In this document: positions 7,259-16,305 of the stretch, piece after piece | How positions within the stretch are numbered: position 1 is the stretch's first letter | Layout of the letters: the number at the start of each line of letters is the position of its first letter | Origin: a virus | IMG/VR virus record: IMGVR_UViG_3300028042_000005 | Location: 1 to 64,000 of that record | Length of the DNA stretch: 64,000 bases | Direction: 5' to 3' (one strand) | Position numbers and translations under genes: made by a program | The notes under the pieces: model-generated | Database searches by the model: none | Seen by the model: the letters and a program-made list of their open reading frames with translations, nothing else | What the model was told of the DNA's origin: nothing

Positions 7259-7627
7259 ATGGCATCACCTATTTGCTTGTTCTGCGGCTCCTACCTCCCA
7301 GCACAATTGACCACATGTAGACAGACTGCGTTGTGCAGAAAGAGCGCGGTCGCCGCGATAGTGAACGAGGTCAAATTTTCTATCCTTTCAAAATCCATGC
7401 GCTACGCGCGCCATTGTGTATCCACCAACATTCCTCCCGACGGAGTCCTTTTCGATTTCGTGCTCAACTCCATTATGTACCTCGGTGCCACAAATATTGC
7501 CCTCGCGATGGACACGTCCGCAGACATGGTTGAGCGTTGGGCGACAGGAAAATGTAGACCACCTCCTATTGACCAACTCAAACTCCTGAGTTATGCTATC
7601 TCTGAAATGGAGAGTTATGAGCTATAG
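7259..7627 (+). CDS. Putative HTH (XRE/Cro-like) regulator with an N-terminal Cys cluster (122 aa)
   Basis: YLGATNIALAMDTSADMVERWATGK resembles a Cro/CI-type helix-turn-helix. It is the first gene after a 650-bp intergenic region. Confidence 0.4.
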   Translation: MASPICLFCGSYLPAQLTTCRQTALCRKSAVAAIVNEVKFSILSKSMRYARHCVSTNIPPDGVLFDFVLNSIMYLGATNIALAMDTSADMVERWATGKCRPPPIDQLKLLSYAISEMESYEL

Positions 7628-7859
7628 CACCGATCACTACTTGACCTTGCGAGATGTGCGGTTTCGAGTAAAAACCACACTCGATAGGCTGGTTATCCAC
7701 CTAGACTCTGAGGAGTGTGTTGTTGGTTTGAGTTTTGTTGGGGGTAGGTGGTATGTCACGGACTATCAGGAATTTGACGCGTATGAGCGCCCTTGTAAAC
7801 CAGCCAAAGGTTTTGAATTGGAAATTCTGAATTTCATTCAGGAAAACGGACCTCCATGA
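7617..7859 (+). CDS. Hypothetical protein (80 aa)
   Basis: The ATG at 7617 overlaps the end of the upstream gene. Confidence 0.45.
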   Translation: MSYSTDHYLTLRDVRFRVKTTLDRLVIHLDSEECVVGLSFVGGRWYVTDYQEFDAYERPCKPAKGFELEILNFIQENGPP

Positions 7860-8959
7860 AGCAGCGTCTAAAAAACATGATCAGAAGCAAGAAATTCAAG
7901 AGAGGTGTGAATTTGTGCTCTGAAATTTTGAACACCGTAGTGGAGTTGCAACAGAATCTAAAACCTGTCAATGTCCTGCATTCTGGGCTCAAAATAGCAG
8001 ATACAGTCCTTTCCCAGCAAGAGGCCTCAAAAACATGGTGCGATGGATTCACACACATATCGGTGGGATTTTTAGAGTCTCAAATTATTGAGTGCCTTGA
8101 GAGTAAAGGTTTGCGAAAATACACAGGAGACTTGAATGACTCTGGGCTCCCAATTTTTGAATTCTCTTGTGGGGAGTTTAGGTTTGTTTGGTCTGAGTCT
8201 GACGATAGGGCCGTTGACGCCATTTATGTAAACAATTCCGACACAAAATTAGCGAAAAAAATACTAAGCGACGTTTTGTGGGAGAGTCTGGAGTCGTGTG
8301 TCATCACCCTTAGAGAAAACCAATCTTGGCCGACTGTGGAGAAGGACTTGTCTGATCAAACCCCATACCATTCCGAAGTCGCAGACGAAGCGTGGAGAAG
8401 ATCGGAGCCGATGATTGAGGCTGGTCATAACACATCCATTCTATTTCACGGACCGCCAGGAACTGGCAAATCTTCGGCGGCAAGGCAAGTCGCGAGTTTG
8501 GTGGGGAAAAGGGTTGTTCGGGTGGGCTCCAAAGTCATTGGCGACCTTACCGTTTTGCAACGTGTTGTTGCATTTTTGAGTCCGGACGCAATCATCGTCG
8601 ACGACATCGACAGAATCTCTGATTCGTTTTTAGAGACGTTCGACGAACTCAAGGTTTTGGCCCCAATTGTTGGGACGCTCAACAGCATGAGCGACATCGA
8701 TCAAGCTCTCCGTCGGCCGGGACGTTTTGATGAAATCGTTTTTGTCGAGTTTTTGGATCAAGGCATTCTCGGCCCCATGCTCAAAAATGTTCCGGAAGAT
8801 GACGCAAAGAGACTTGCCCTCCTCCCAGCAGCCTATATCAAGCGATATCTTGACATTTCGAAGTTTTTGAGCCAAGATGAGGCGACGCTAGAACTCCCAG
8901 CTTTAGAAAGCCGATGTTCTGGAATAAACAAAACTTTTTCCAAGGACGAAGAAGGGTAA
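7856..8959 (+). CDS. AAA+ ATPase (classical AAA clade) with an uncharacterised ~190-aa N-terminal domain
   Basis: Walker A GPPGTGKS, Walker B IIVDDID, and LRRPGRFDEIV (second region of homology). Confidence 0.8.
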   Translation: MKQRLKNMIRSKKFKRGVNLCSEILNTVVELQQNLKPVNVLHSGLKIADTVLSQQEASKTWCDGFTHISVGFLESQIIECLESKGLRKYTGDLNDSGLPIFEFSCGEFRFVWSESDDRAVDAIYVNNSDTKLAKKILSDVLWESLESCVITLRENQSWPTVEKDLSDQTPYHSEVADEAWRRSEPMIEAGHNTSILFHGPPGTGKSSAARQVASLVGKRVVRVGSKVIGDLTVLQRVVAFLSPDAIIVDDIDRISDSFLETFDELKVLAPIVGTLNSMSDIDQALRRPGRFDEIVFVEFLDQGILGPMLKNVPEDDAKRLALLPAAYIKRYLDISKFLSQDEATLELPALESRCSGINKTFSKDEEG

Positions 8960-9570
8960 TGGAGAATTTACGAAAAGTACTAAAGAAGCTTGAGTCAGCC
9001 CTGATAGAGGAGGAGGGTATCGCCGACGAGGGGTTGTTCACTACGCTCGTGAACGAGAGCATGGAGGCACTTCGCCTCGAAGATTCAGACATCGCGGGCA
9101 AGATGTCGGTGAGCCGGTCGGCAATCAGCCGCTGGAGGCGAGGTCTTGACGCCCCTTTGCCAATGATGCGAAAAAACATCTACAGGTTTTTCGCGAAGAA
9201 GATTATCGAACTTTGGGGAATCACCCTACAAAAGAACAAGAAATTTTTGACACATCAGTTTGTTTTTGACATCATCGTTACAGACATTTTGGAACGTGGC
9301 GTTCCCGCGGGAGATGACGTTGGGCATGATGTGCGTGGGAGCGTCTCGGCTCTGTGGGTTAATGACCCCATTGTCCCTGAGCTACAAAAATGCTACGATG
9401 ATACGCTTTCCGAATGTCGTCGGTTTGGGCGTTTTTTGATTTGGACAACCTTGTTTTATACACGCGCCAGCAAGGTCGCCGCAAAACACAAACTATCTAC
9501 GCGTGCCACGGATCTTGTTTATGTCGACTCTCTTTTGGGGTGGGCCGAATCAACAAAGACTACTGCTTGA
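8959..9570 (+). CDS. Putative HTH (XRE-like) DNA-binding protein (203 aa)
   Basis: TAATG overlap with the AAA+ gene. DIAGKMSVSRSAISRWRRGLDAP is HTH-like. Confidence 0.45.
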   Translation: MENLRKVLKKLESALIEEEGIADEGLFTTLVNESMEALRLEDSDIAGKMSVSRSAISRWRRGLDAPLPMMRKNIYRFFAKKIIELWGITLQKNKKFLTHQFVFDIIVTDILERGVPAGDDVGHDVRGSVSALWVNDPIVPELQKCYDDTLSECRRFGRFLIWTTLFYTRASKVAAKHKLSTRATDLVYVDSLLGWAESTKTTA

Positions 9571-9621
9571 CAGGGCGTGCAATGGCGTCTAAATTGCAAA
9601 CAGAAGGCAAGAGGTTTTGAA

Positions 9622-9993
9622 ATGACAAAACAAGAAATTTTTGATACTGCTGTTATCGGCGTCTTGAAACAAGGAGGGCCAAGTCTAGACGTGAAGGGTA
9701 AGTGCGCTTATCGCGGAGAGGACGGGATGAAGTGCGCTGTTGGATTTCTCATTTCCGATAAGGATGGTGCGTTTTACGATTCACTTGACGATTCTGACGT
9801 TTGCAGTCTTGTTGACTTGGGCTATTTGATGGAGCTTGATGAACACAAGAGCATCCTTGCTGTCTTACAAGCCACTCACGACTTCCCTAGGCTCCCAGAA
9901 TTTTTTGTAGAGGGCTTTCTCGCAAGAGCGCGAGAAATCGCAAATCAATTTGGTCTATCTATGGACAAGATTGGCAAAGAGGTTCCAAAATGA
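9622..9993 (+). CDS. Hypothetical protein, tandem paralog A (123 aa)
   Basis: MTKQEIFDTAVIGVLKQG...CAYRGEDGMKCAVGFLISD. Clearly paralogous to the next gene at both protein and DNA level. Confidence 0.6.
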   Translation: MTKQEIFDTAVIGVLKQGGPSLDVKGKCAYRGEDGMKCAVGFLISDKDGAFYDSLDDSDVCSLVDLGYLMELDEHKSILAVLQATHDFPRLPEFFVEGFLARAREIANQFGLSMDKIGKEVPK

Positions 9994-10370
9994 CAGAACA
10001 AGAAATTTTTGATACCGCCGTTATTGGCGTTTTGAAACAGGGAATAGCGTCCGTCCGTGATGGCGGAGCTTGCGCTTATCGAGGAAAAAACGGAACGAAG
10101 TGTGCCGTTGGATTTCTAATCTCTGATGAGGAGGCCGAGAAGTATGATGAATTTGACGAATACGGAGTTCGTGATCTAATTAGTTCCGGGTTTTTGCAGG
10201 GGTTTGTGTACTACAGCGACCTTCTTGCTGATTTACAGAGGGCCCATGATAAAGCTGCTCACGAAGAGGAATTTGTTGGTGCGTTCTATAAAAGAGCTAA
10301 ACGAGTTGCGGCGGCCTATGGTCTGTCCATAAGTTCTCTGGATGACTCGAACGCCGAGGTCGGTACTTGA
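9990..10370 (+). CDS. Hypothetical protein, tandem paralog B (126 aa)
   Basis: MTEQEIFDTAVIGVLKQG...CAYRGKNGTKCAVGFLISD, with an ATGA overlap with paralog A. Confidence 0.6.
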   Translation: MTEQEIFDTAVIGVLKQGIASVRDGGACAYRGKNGTKCAVGFLISDEEAEKYDEFDEYGVRDLISSGFLQGFVYYSDLLADLQRAHDKAAHEEEFVGAFYKRAKRVAAAYGLSISSLDDSNAEVGT

Positions 10371-10771
10371 GCGCCCTAGCTATAGCGACCGCCATCTGGG
10401 GATTTGCGGCTCCATACATCAAAAAAGCTGGATCTTGGATTCTTGAAAAGCTAGCTTTTCATGGAGTTCGTTTTGTTTCAAAACTTTTGAATCGACGAAC
10501 AAAATCCATGAAGCGCCGCATTTTCCGAATGACAAGGAGAATGCTCAAGAAGGGCGACATTCAAAAGCTGGGGAGCCATGCAAAGAGAATCCTTTGGCTT
10601 TCTGAACGCAGAGACACTTACCTCAAACTCTCTTCTTGGTTGGAGAGCAACGCGAAGAAGATTAGTCGCTCTGTGGCTGAGAAACTGTCTCCCCTTGCTT
10701 ACAAAGAGGGAGTGAAGCGTGTTGGAGATATTGAGAGTTTTGAAAGGTGGAAACTAGCCAATGACGGATGA
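10367..10771 (+). CDS. Hypothetical basic protein with a hydrophobic N-terminal segment (134 aa)
   Basis: The TTG start overlaps the upstream TGA. N-terminus ALAIATAIWGFAAPYI. Confidence 0.45.
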   Translation: MSALAIATAIWGFAAPYIKKAGSWILEKLAFHGVRFVSKLLNRRTKSMKRRIFRMTRRMLKKGDIQKLGSHAKRILWLSERRDTYLKLSSWLESNAKKISRSVAEKLSPLAYKEGVKRVGDIESFERWKLANDG

Positions 10772-11216
10772 TAAGATTCTTCAAGTCGGATTCACAGGAA
10801 CCAGAAATGGCATGAACTATCTTCAAAAGAGGGAGGTTTACGCCCAGCTCAAGGCTTTGCAATCCAAAAGTTGTGGGTTGATTGAACTGAGTCACGGAGG
10901 TTGCCTCGGCTCGGATGAGCAGGTTCACGCTATAGCTCAGGGGTTGAAGATTTTTTGCCATGTTCGCCCTGGTTCCGACCCAAAGATGACGATGCACTTG
11001 TCTGGGAATCGCGGGTACCACGTTTACCCTCGCAAATCTTACAAAGTCAGAAACACAACGATTGTGACTAGCACCTCCATTCTGATTGTTGCTCCATACG
11101 AGGAGTGCGAGCAGGTTAGAGGCGGAACGTGGATGACCTATCGTATAGGACTGCGCTACAAATCTGAGGTTAGAACAATTTACCCAAGTGGCGCCGTGTA
11201 TTGTGTTGGTGAGTGA
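10761..11216 (+). CDS. SLOG/DprA-like Rossmann-fold protein (DUF2493-like), 151 aa
   Basis: VGFTGTRNG ... SHGGCLGSDEQVHAIA resembles the GxR...hGGa.GaD signature of the DUF2493/SLOG family. This is from memory. Confidence 0.45.
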   Translation: MTDDKILQVGFTGTRNGMNYLQKREVYAQLKALQSKSCGLIELSHGGCLGSDEQVHAIAQGLKIFCHVRPGSDPKMTMHLSGNRGYHVYPRKSYKVRNTTIVTSTSILIVAPYEECEQVRGGTWMTYRIGLRYKSEVRTIYPSGAVYCVGE

Positions 11217-11665
11217 TGTATGTAGCTGAAAAAAACACATCCAAGGATCTTGGAGAGGAGAATGAAAACACAGAAATGCTTCATGCTTTGGCATTTTCGT
11301 ACTGTCATGGAGAATTGGATGTTAGGGAATTTCCTGATGTGGAAGACGGTTCTGAGTTCAGATTTTGCATCGTTCAACTTGCGTGTGGCTTCCCAGCATG
11401 GATTCCACTAGGAACCAACTCGTTTTCTGCCGCACAAACGATCATCGATATGGCCCCCGATTTTGTTCAAATGTTCCATGACGGGGAGATTGGTCAAATT
11501 GAGTTCGACAACAGGGCCGACGTATACTACGAGATGCAAGCTGAAGAAACCGGCTGGAAGGACGAGGATGTCGATGAGGATATTGCAGCTATAGCTTTGA
11601 ACGAAGAATTGTTGAATTTAAAGCTCGAAACGGCGACGCAAAAACACAAGGTGATGGTGCATTAA
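11213..11665 (+). CDS. Hypothetical acidic protein (150 aa)
   Basis: Complete ORF with a GTGATG overlap with the upstream gene. Confidence 0.5.
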   Translation: MMYVAEKNTSKDLGEENENTEMLHALAFSYCHGELDVREFPDVEDGSEFRFCIVQLACGFPAWIPLGTNSFSAAQTIIDMAPDFVQMFHDGEIGQIEFDNRADVYYEMQAEETGWKDEDVDEDIAAIALNEELLNLKLETATQKHKVMVH

Positions 11666-11666
11666 A

Positions 11667-12398
11667 ATGAGTAATGTAAAGAACGCGATGTCTTCTTTGT
11701 ACGGAGAGGGTCATGTTGAGGCGGAGAAACTCAACAAAACAAGAGCGAGGGAATGCGTTGCGATGCCCGGAACTCGGAATCAAACAATTCTGAGTCCTGA
11801 ATCCATTGCGCAAGGACTCCGAGAGCTTTGGTCGGATGGAGTAGCGTACGATCCATGTTATCCAGATCATGGATCTGAGGGTTATATCATCGACGCAGAG
11901 AAGCGAACTTCAACGCGTGGACTTATGGATAGGTGGATTCATAAAACATACGCGAACCCTCCATATGGAAAAAGTTTGTTTGACGTTGATTCTCAAATTG
12001 ACGATCTTAGGCTTGAAGAAAAACTTCGCGCGGAAGCGAAGGCTGCTGGGAAGAAATCTGTCAAATGGCCTAAGGGCTCTGGACTTCCATTAAAGAAGGC
12101 AGGACTGAAAGATTGGCTCGATATGCAACTCAAAGGCGAAGGAGAATCCGTCCTCCTTTGTCCGAACAGAACCAATCGCAAATGGCTTCGGGAATGGCGA
12201 GCTTCTGTTGATGCGCTTGTTGAACTGAATCCCTTGTCATTCCTTGGCCACGAACAGGCCTTTCCAGCACCTCTCGTTCTTGGTTTTGTTTTGAACCCGG
12301 TGCGTGACGAACCTGTCGATAAAGACTGGAAGGAATACAGAATCGAGAGCTTTTTCTCAGCATTCTCTCATCTTGGGGATCCAGTTATTTATGGATGA
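11667..12398 (+). CDS. Phage Dam-type DNA N6-adenine methyltransferase (243 aa)
   Basis: Catalytic motif IV NPPY (TYANPPYGKS) preceded by DPC...GLMDRW, as in the phage N6-adenine methyltransferase family. Confidence 0.6.
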   Translation: MSNVKNAMSSLYGEGHVEAEKLNKTRARECVAMPGTRNQTILSPESIAQGLRELWSDGVAYDPCYPDHGSEGYIIDAEKRTSTRGLMDRWIHKTYANPPYGKSLFDVDSQIDDLRLEEKLRAEAKAAGKKSVKWPKGSGLPLKKAGLKDWLDMQLKGEGESVLLCPNRTNRKWLREWRASVDALVELNPLSFLGHEQAFPAPLVLGFVLNPVRDEPVDKDWKEYRIESFFSAFSHLGDPVIYG

Positions 12399-12567
12399 AA
12401 GGGGAAAATTGTTTTACTGCTTTGGAATTCCGGAGTTGGCGGAAGCAGCTCTCTCTGGATCGGTGGCCTCGTCGCTTGCAATAGCATCCTCATTCATTCT
12501 TTCAAATCTTATTAAGAAAGTTAGGGCTTATGGCAAAAAATTCAATGCTCGTCAGCGACAAAGTTGA
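12391..12567 (+). CDS. Possible small membrane protein (58 aa)
   Basis: The ATG at 12391 overlaps the methyltransferase stop. It has a hydrophobic stretch, AALSGSVASSLAIASSFILSNLI, and overlaps the next gene by 38 nt. Confidence 0.3.
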   Translation: MDERGKLFYCFGIPELAEAALSGSVASSLAIASSFILSNLIKKVRAYGKKFNARQRQS

Positions 12568-13243
12568 CGCACTTTTGAAAACGAACAAGAAGGGCGATAA
12601 GCAATTCGGACTTCGTGACGCATTCAAAAAGAACGTCAAAACTCTTGGGGAAGATGGTGCCAAATCCTGGCTCCAAGAGCATATAGACACAACAATTCAG
12701 TTTCAAGAACTCCTTTTGAGAGATGATTGGGTTGTTGGGGATACCGAAGCCACCGGCCTTGGAGCTTCCGCAGAGATTTGCGAGATTGCGTTTCAGCCGG
12801 CTTCTGGTGAGGGCTGGGAACAAATCGTTAGGCCGGTCGCTCAATCCATTTCAAAAGGATCTGAGGCCATCCACGGCATCTCCCAGCGTATGGCGAATGA
12901 AGCTCCGACGTTGAAGGATCTTTCTAAGAAAATCAATTCAGGACTTCGACGTTATAGGCTTGCCATTTTTTATAACGGAGATTACGACATTCGAGTCGCC
13001 TCGCAGAGCTGTTATGCGAACGGAATCCCAGAGCTTGAATGGCCAGAGGTCCTTGACATTCTCCCATGGTTTTCTCGTTGGGCTGGAGAATGGAACTCTA
13101 AGCAAATGGGCTGGAAGTATCTAAAGCTTGAAGGCGGGCATAGAGCACTTGGAGATTGTCAAGAGTTGATCTCTCAAATCCGCCGAGCCTCTTCTTCGAA
13201 CGTTGAATATGCTAGACTGCTTCTGAGTGGGGACGAAGGTTAA
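12530..13243 (+). CDS. DnaQ-like DEDDh 3'-5' exonuclease (237 aa)
   Basis: ExoI VVGDTEATGL, ExoII FYNGDYD, ExoIII HRALGDC. Confidence 0.7.
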   Translation: MAKNSMLVSDKVDALLKTNKKGDKQFGLRDAFKKNVKTLGEDGAKSWLQEHIDTTIQFQELLLRDDWVVGDTEATGLGASAEICEIAFQPASGEGWEQIVRPVAQSISKGSEAIHGISQRMANEAPTLKDLSKKINSGLRRYRLAIFYNGDYDIRVASQSCYANGIPELEWPEVLDILPWFSRWAGEWNSKQMGWKYLKLEGGHRALGDCQELISQIRRASSSNVEYARLLLSGDEG

Positions 13244-13247
13244 AAAA

Positions 13248-13496
13248 ATGAGCAAAAAAACACATTACTTTATGCATGGAATTTCGGAGTCCGGAGATAG
13301 ATACCAAATGATGGGGAAGTGGGATCACTTTCCGTTTGATGATGAAATTCTCGAAGCGCTTTGGGATGTTGATATGGAGGAGGCTTACTCCGACGACGAG
13401 AAAGGGCCCGCAGCGTTCCCCGACGGGGAATTCTTTCAAATCCTGAATGGGGTTCGGTATGTAAATTATGTTCATTGGGAGATTGAAGAATGTTGA
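13248..13496 (+). CDS. Hypothetical protein (82 aa)
   Basis: The ATG (MSKKTHYF...) lies just after the upstream stop. Confidence 0.45.
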   Translation: MSKKTHYFMHGISESGDRYQMMGKWDHFPFDDEILEALWDVDMEEAYSDDEKGPAAFPDGEFFQILNGVRYVNYVHWEIEEC

Positions 13497-13556
13497 GGGG
13501 GATTTTCACCATCCTTATAAATCACGCCATATACAGCATTCATACGAGGAGTAAAA

Positions 13557-13715
13557 ATGTTCCATTGTAAAGAACTAGAAGAAACGACAAGAGCCAACAA
13601 ATGGTTTTTGAGAATTCCTGATTTTGTCATTGGCAAGTTGAATGCCAAAGAGGTGGCTGAGATTAGAATGGCATTGCTTAGGATTTCTAGAGAGGTTGGC
13701 GATAATGAGTTTTGA
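13557..13715 (+). CDS. Small hypothetical protein (52 aa), below the ORF-track size cutoff
   Basis: The ATG at 13557 is preceded by gaggag. My translation is MFHCKELEETTRANKWFLRIPDFVIGKLNAKEVAEIRMALLRISREVGDNEF, with the stop at 13713-13715. Confidence 0.4.
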   Translation: MFHCKELEETTRANKWFLRIPDFVIGKLNAKEVAEIRMALLRISREVGDNEF

Positions 13716-13938
13716 TAATTTGTGGAGCCCTTGGGATCCTGAGCCCATTTCGGATACGGACGCGCTAGATTTGGATGAGGCGTACTATGATGGGTACTGC
13801 GCTCATGTTTATGAATTCATGGAGGATCCTGAATGCCCCTATCCAGATGACAGAGAATTTGCCGCCGTTTGGTTGGAAGGCTTTATGGATGCCGTCGCAG
13901 ATGTCGGGTGGAAGATTAAGGAGGAAGATGGAATTTAA
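13705..13938 (+). CDS. Hypothetical acidic protein (77 aa)
   Basis: The ATG at 13705 (MSFDNLW...) overlaps the end of the small ORF upstream. Confidence 0.45.
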   Translation: MSFDNLWSPWDPEPISDTDALDLDEAYYDGYCAHVYEFMEDPECPYPDDREFAAVWLEGFMDAVADVGWKIKEEDGI

Positions 13939-14875
13939 AAACAAGGGAGCTTTGAGTGCGTTGTTTCAGGCGCTAGCGCCCAACAAATCTGAACTCGAAA
14001 AGCTGGGAATCCTCATCAACATTCGTGGAAACAACGTTTTCGTCGTTGGCCCCGAACACGCTGAGAGGTTCGTCTCCGAGCTTTATGAAATGGCGTGCAA
14101 GGGAGAGTGCGTTAGCAAATACGATGTTCTTCGCGCAGAAGCTATCGTTGCGTCTGGAGAAAGTTTGTCGAATTGCTTTGATGCAATATTGATGAAGCCC
14201 CTGGACGGCAAGCCGGTGAAACCAAGATCCATTTCCCAGCGCCATTACATTGGTCAAGTTCAGAACAACTCTGTCGCGTTTGGACTCGGCCCTGCCGGAG
14301 TGGGTAAAACCTGGCTTGCGGTGGCGATGGCGGTGAAGTCGTATGTTCAAAGGGACGTTCGAAAGATTATTCTAACGAGGCCTGCCGTTGAAGCTGGGGA
14401 GAAGTTAGGATTTCTACCAGGAACCCTAGAAGAAAAAATAGCCCCATACCTTCGGCCCTTGTATGATGCGTTGGGAGACATGCTTCCAGCATCTCAGGTT
14501 CAGGAAATGCTTCAGTTTGGGGATATAGAAATTGCCCCTTTGGCTTACATGAGAGGCCGAACTCTTGATAATGCATTCATTCTTCTCGACGAGGCTCAGA
14601 ATACGACGCGAGAGCAAATGAAAATGTTTCTAACTCGGCTTGGTCGAGATAGCAAGATGGTTATCACAGGAGACCCCGATCAGGTGGATCTTCCAAACCT
14701 TAGTCAGAGCGGCCTGCGACATGCAAATTACATTCTTAGAAAGACCGAGGGAATTGGACGGACGGTTTTCACATCAAAGGACGTAATGCGCCATCCTATG
14801 GTAGCAAGGATTGTCGACGCCTACGATCTTGACTATAAAGAAAGAAGAGATAGAAAAGAAAAGAAAGAGAAATAA
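13928..14875 (+). CDS. phoH: PhoH-like ATPase (315 aa)
   Basis: GPAGVGKTWLAV (Walker A), ILTRPAVEAGEKLGFLPG, LRPLYDAL, AYMRGRTL and ILLDEAQN are all classic PhoH blocks. Confidence 0.85.
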   Translation: MEFKNKGALSALFQALAPNKSELEKLGILINIRGNNVFVVGPEHAERFVSELYEMACKGECVSKYDVLRAEAIVASGESLSNCFDAILMKPLDGKPVKPRSISQRHYIGQVQNNSVAFGLGPAGVGKTWLAVAMAVKSYVQRDVRKIILTRPAVEAGEKLGFLPGTLEEKIAPYLRPLYDALGDMLPASQVQEMLQFGDIEIAPLAYMRGRTLDNAFILLDEAQNTTREQMKMFLTRLGRDSKMVITGDPDQVDLPNLSQSGLRHANYILRKTEGIGRTVFTSKDVMRHPMVARIVDAYDLDYKERRDRKEKKEK

Positions 14876-14894
14876 GGAGAGTTTCTGCATGTAG

Positions 14895-14926
14895 AGCCCG
14901 CTATCGAAAGATTGGCGGGCTTTTTG
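14895..14926 (+). terminator. Rho-independent terminator after phoH
   Basis: AGCCCGC (14895-14901) / GCGGGCT (14915-14921) followed by TTTTT. Confidence 0.65.
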
Positions 14927-14962
14927 TGCCTTTGTTTTTTGGAATCCCATACTTTTCTGGAG

Positions 14963-15550
14963 ATGGCAAAGAAACTGTCCAAAAAGGATAAGCAACTCAA
15001 AGAGGTTCAGCAACACCTCAGCGATGGGCTTGAGTACTTTGCCATTCAAGAGAATATGGGACTGGGAGAGTCCGAACTTCGAAGTTTAGTTGGTGAAGTG
15101 CTTGAGAATCTCGCAGGTCACATTCAAGACATGCCAATCGAACACGTCTACGCGCAATTTGTTTTGGACGGACACTCGATTATTCAAAGCCTAAAAAGAA
15201 CGGCGGTTGCTTCGGAAGCCCCTCGCGATGCCATATCGGCCTACAAAGCTATGTGGGAAGTTCGAAAGGACCTTCTGGATACCGGCAAGAAATTCGGAAT
15301 CCTTAAGCCTGACATAAGGCAAATTCAGGAAGGCGCTATTGGGATTAATTTGCAAATAACGAACGACATGAACATCGAGGACCTTATGGTCGCCGCCCGT
15401 GACGTTATTGTTCAAGTTGATCACCTAGAGAAGAAACTCGGTAACAAGCAGCTTTCTATTGTTGAGAATAAAACTCTGTTCTCTGGACCAAGTGTTTTTG
15501 AGTTGGAGAGTTCTGAAGTGAGTGAGAAGGTAGCCAAGGCGCAGGAGTGA
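14963..15550 (+). CDS. Hypothetical protein (195 aa); possible small terminase subunit by position only
   Basis: First gene of the late block after a terminator. It has a basic N-terminus (MAKKLSKKDKQLK) and no diagnostic motif. Confidence 0.3.
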   Translation: MAKKLSKKDKQLKEVQQHLSDGLEYFAIQENMGLGESELRSLVGEVLENLAGHIQDMPIEHVYAQFVLDGHSIIQSLKRTAVASEAPRDAISAYKAMWEVRKDLLDTGKKFGILKPDIRQIQEGAIGINLQITNDMNIEDLMVAARDVIVQVDHLEKKLGNKQLSIVENKTLFSGPSVFELESSEVSEKVAKAQE

Positions 15551-15675
15551 GGATGTTGCGCTCCACGCTTACGCCACCCTCCCCAGCAACGACTTTTGCA
15601 TCGATTTTTTTTAGAGCTTGCTAAAGATACCTTAAGCAAATAGCAACATTCATTGAACAGAAAGAAAAAACTAAC

Positions 15676-16224
15676 ATGGCAAGTGGATCAAATAGAAATT
15701 TTCTAGGATTTTATCGTGGCACAGGCGCCGCACAAACTATCGGCGAATGTGGTTTTTCGCCCCGCTCGGTTAAGGTGACTAGTCACGCAACTGGCGCAAG
15801 CGTTGAGCTTGCAAGAGATGAAGACGCTCTTCTGTCGGGCGCCGGCGGTCTTGCTAGCTCCCCCGCAGATCTAGACTGGAGAACGGGAATTGCAGTCGCC
15901 TCTGACGCAGCTACCCTGACGGCGGCTGGTCCGGTGATGCTTGTTGAGGCCACCGCTGGCGCATCGACCGGCCCTCTTTTGGTTCAGTCCTCGGCTGCGC
16001 CTGCTCAGGGTGCCGTCCGAGTTGTCTACACGGATAACGTCGCTACTCTAACCTTCAACGCCACCGACGCCGTTACTGAATGCGCCGTTATGCTGGGAGA
16101 CCGAAAGGTATTCTTGAGCGCGGCGGAAGGGCTTGTTTTGTCCGACGCTTCTGGGTTCTCTGTTGGAACCGATGACGCCTGCAACGCAGCGGGCGTTAGT
16201 TACAGATTCGAAGCTCAAGACTAA
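15676..16224 (+). CDS. Hypothetical Ala/Gly-rich protein (182 aa)
   Basis: Complete ORF with its own downstream terminator. It looks GC-richer than its flanks by eye. Confidence 0.5.
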   Translation: MASGSNRNFLGFYRGTGAAQTIGECGFSPRSVKVTSHATGASVELARDEDALLSGAGGLASSPADLDWRTGIAVASDAATLTAAGPVMLVEATAGASTGPLLVQSSAAPAQGAVRVVYTDNVATLTFNATDAVTECAVMLGDRKVFLSAAEGLVLSDASGFSVGTDDACNAAGVSYRFEAQD

Positions 16225-16256
16225 CAACTCACCAATTCACAACCAAATAACTCTCA

Positions 16257-16288
16257 AGCCCCGTGCATTTTGGTGTGCGGGGCTTTTC
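16257..16288 (+). terminator. Rho-independent terminator
   Basis: AGCCCCG (16257-16263) / CGGGGCT (16278-16284) followed by TTTT. Confidence 0.6.
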
Positions 16289-16305
16289 CGTTTGGAGCAA
16301 CGAAC

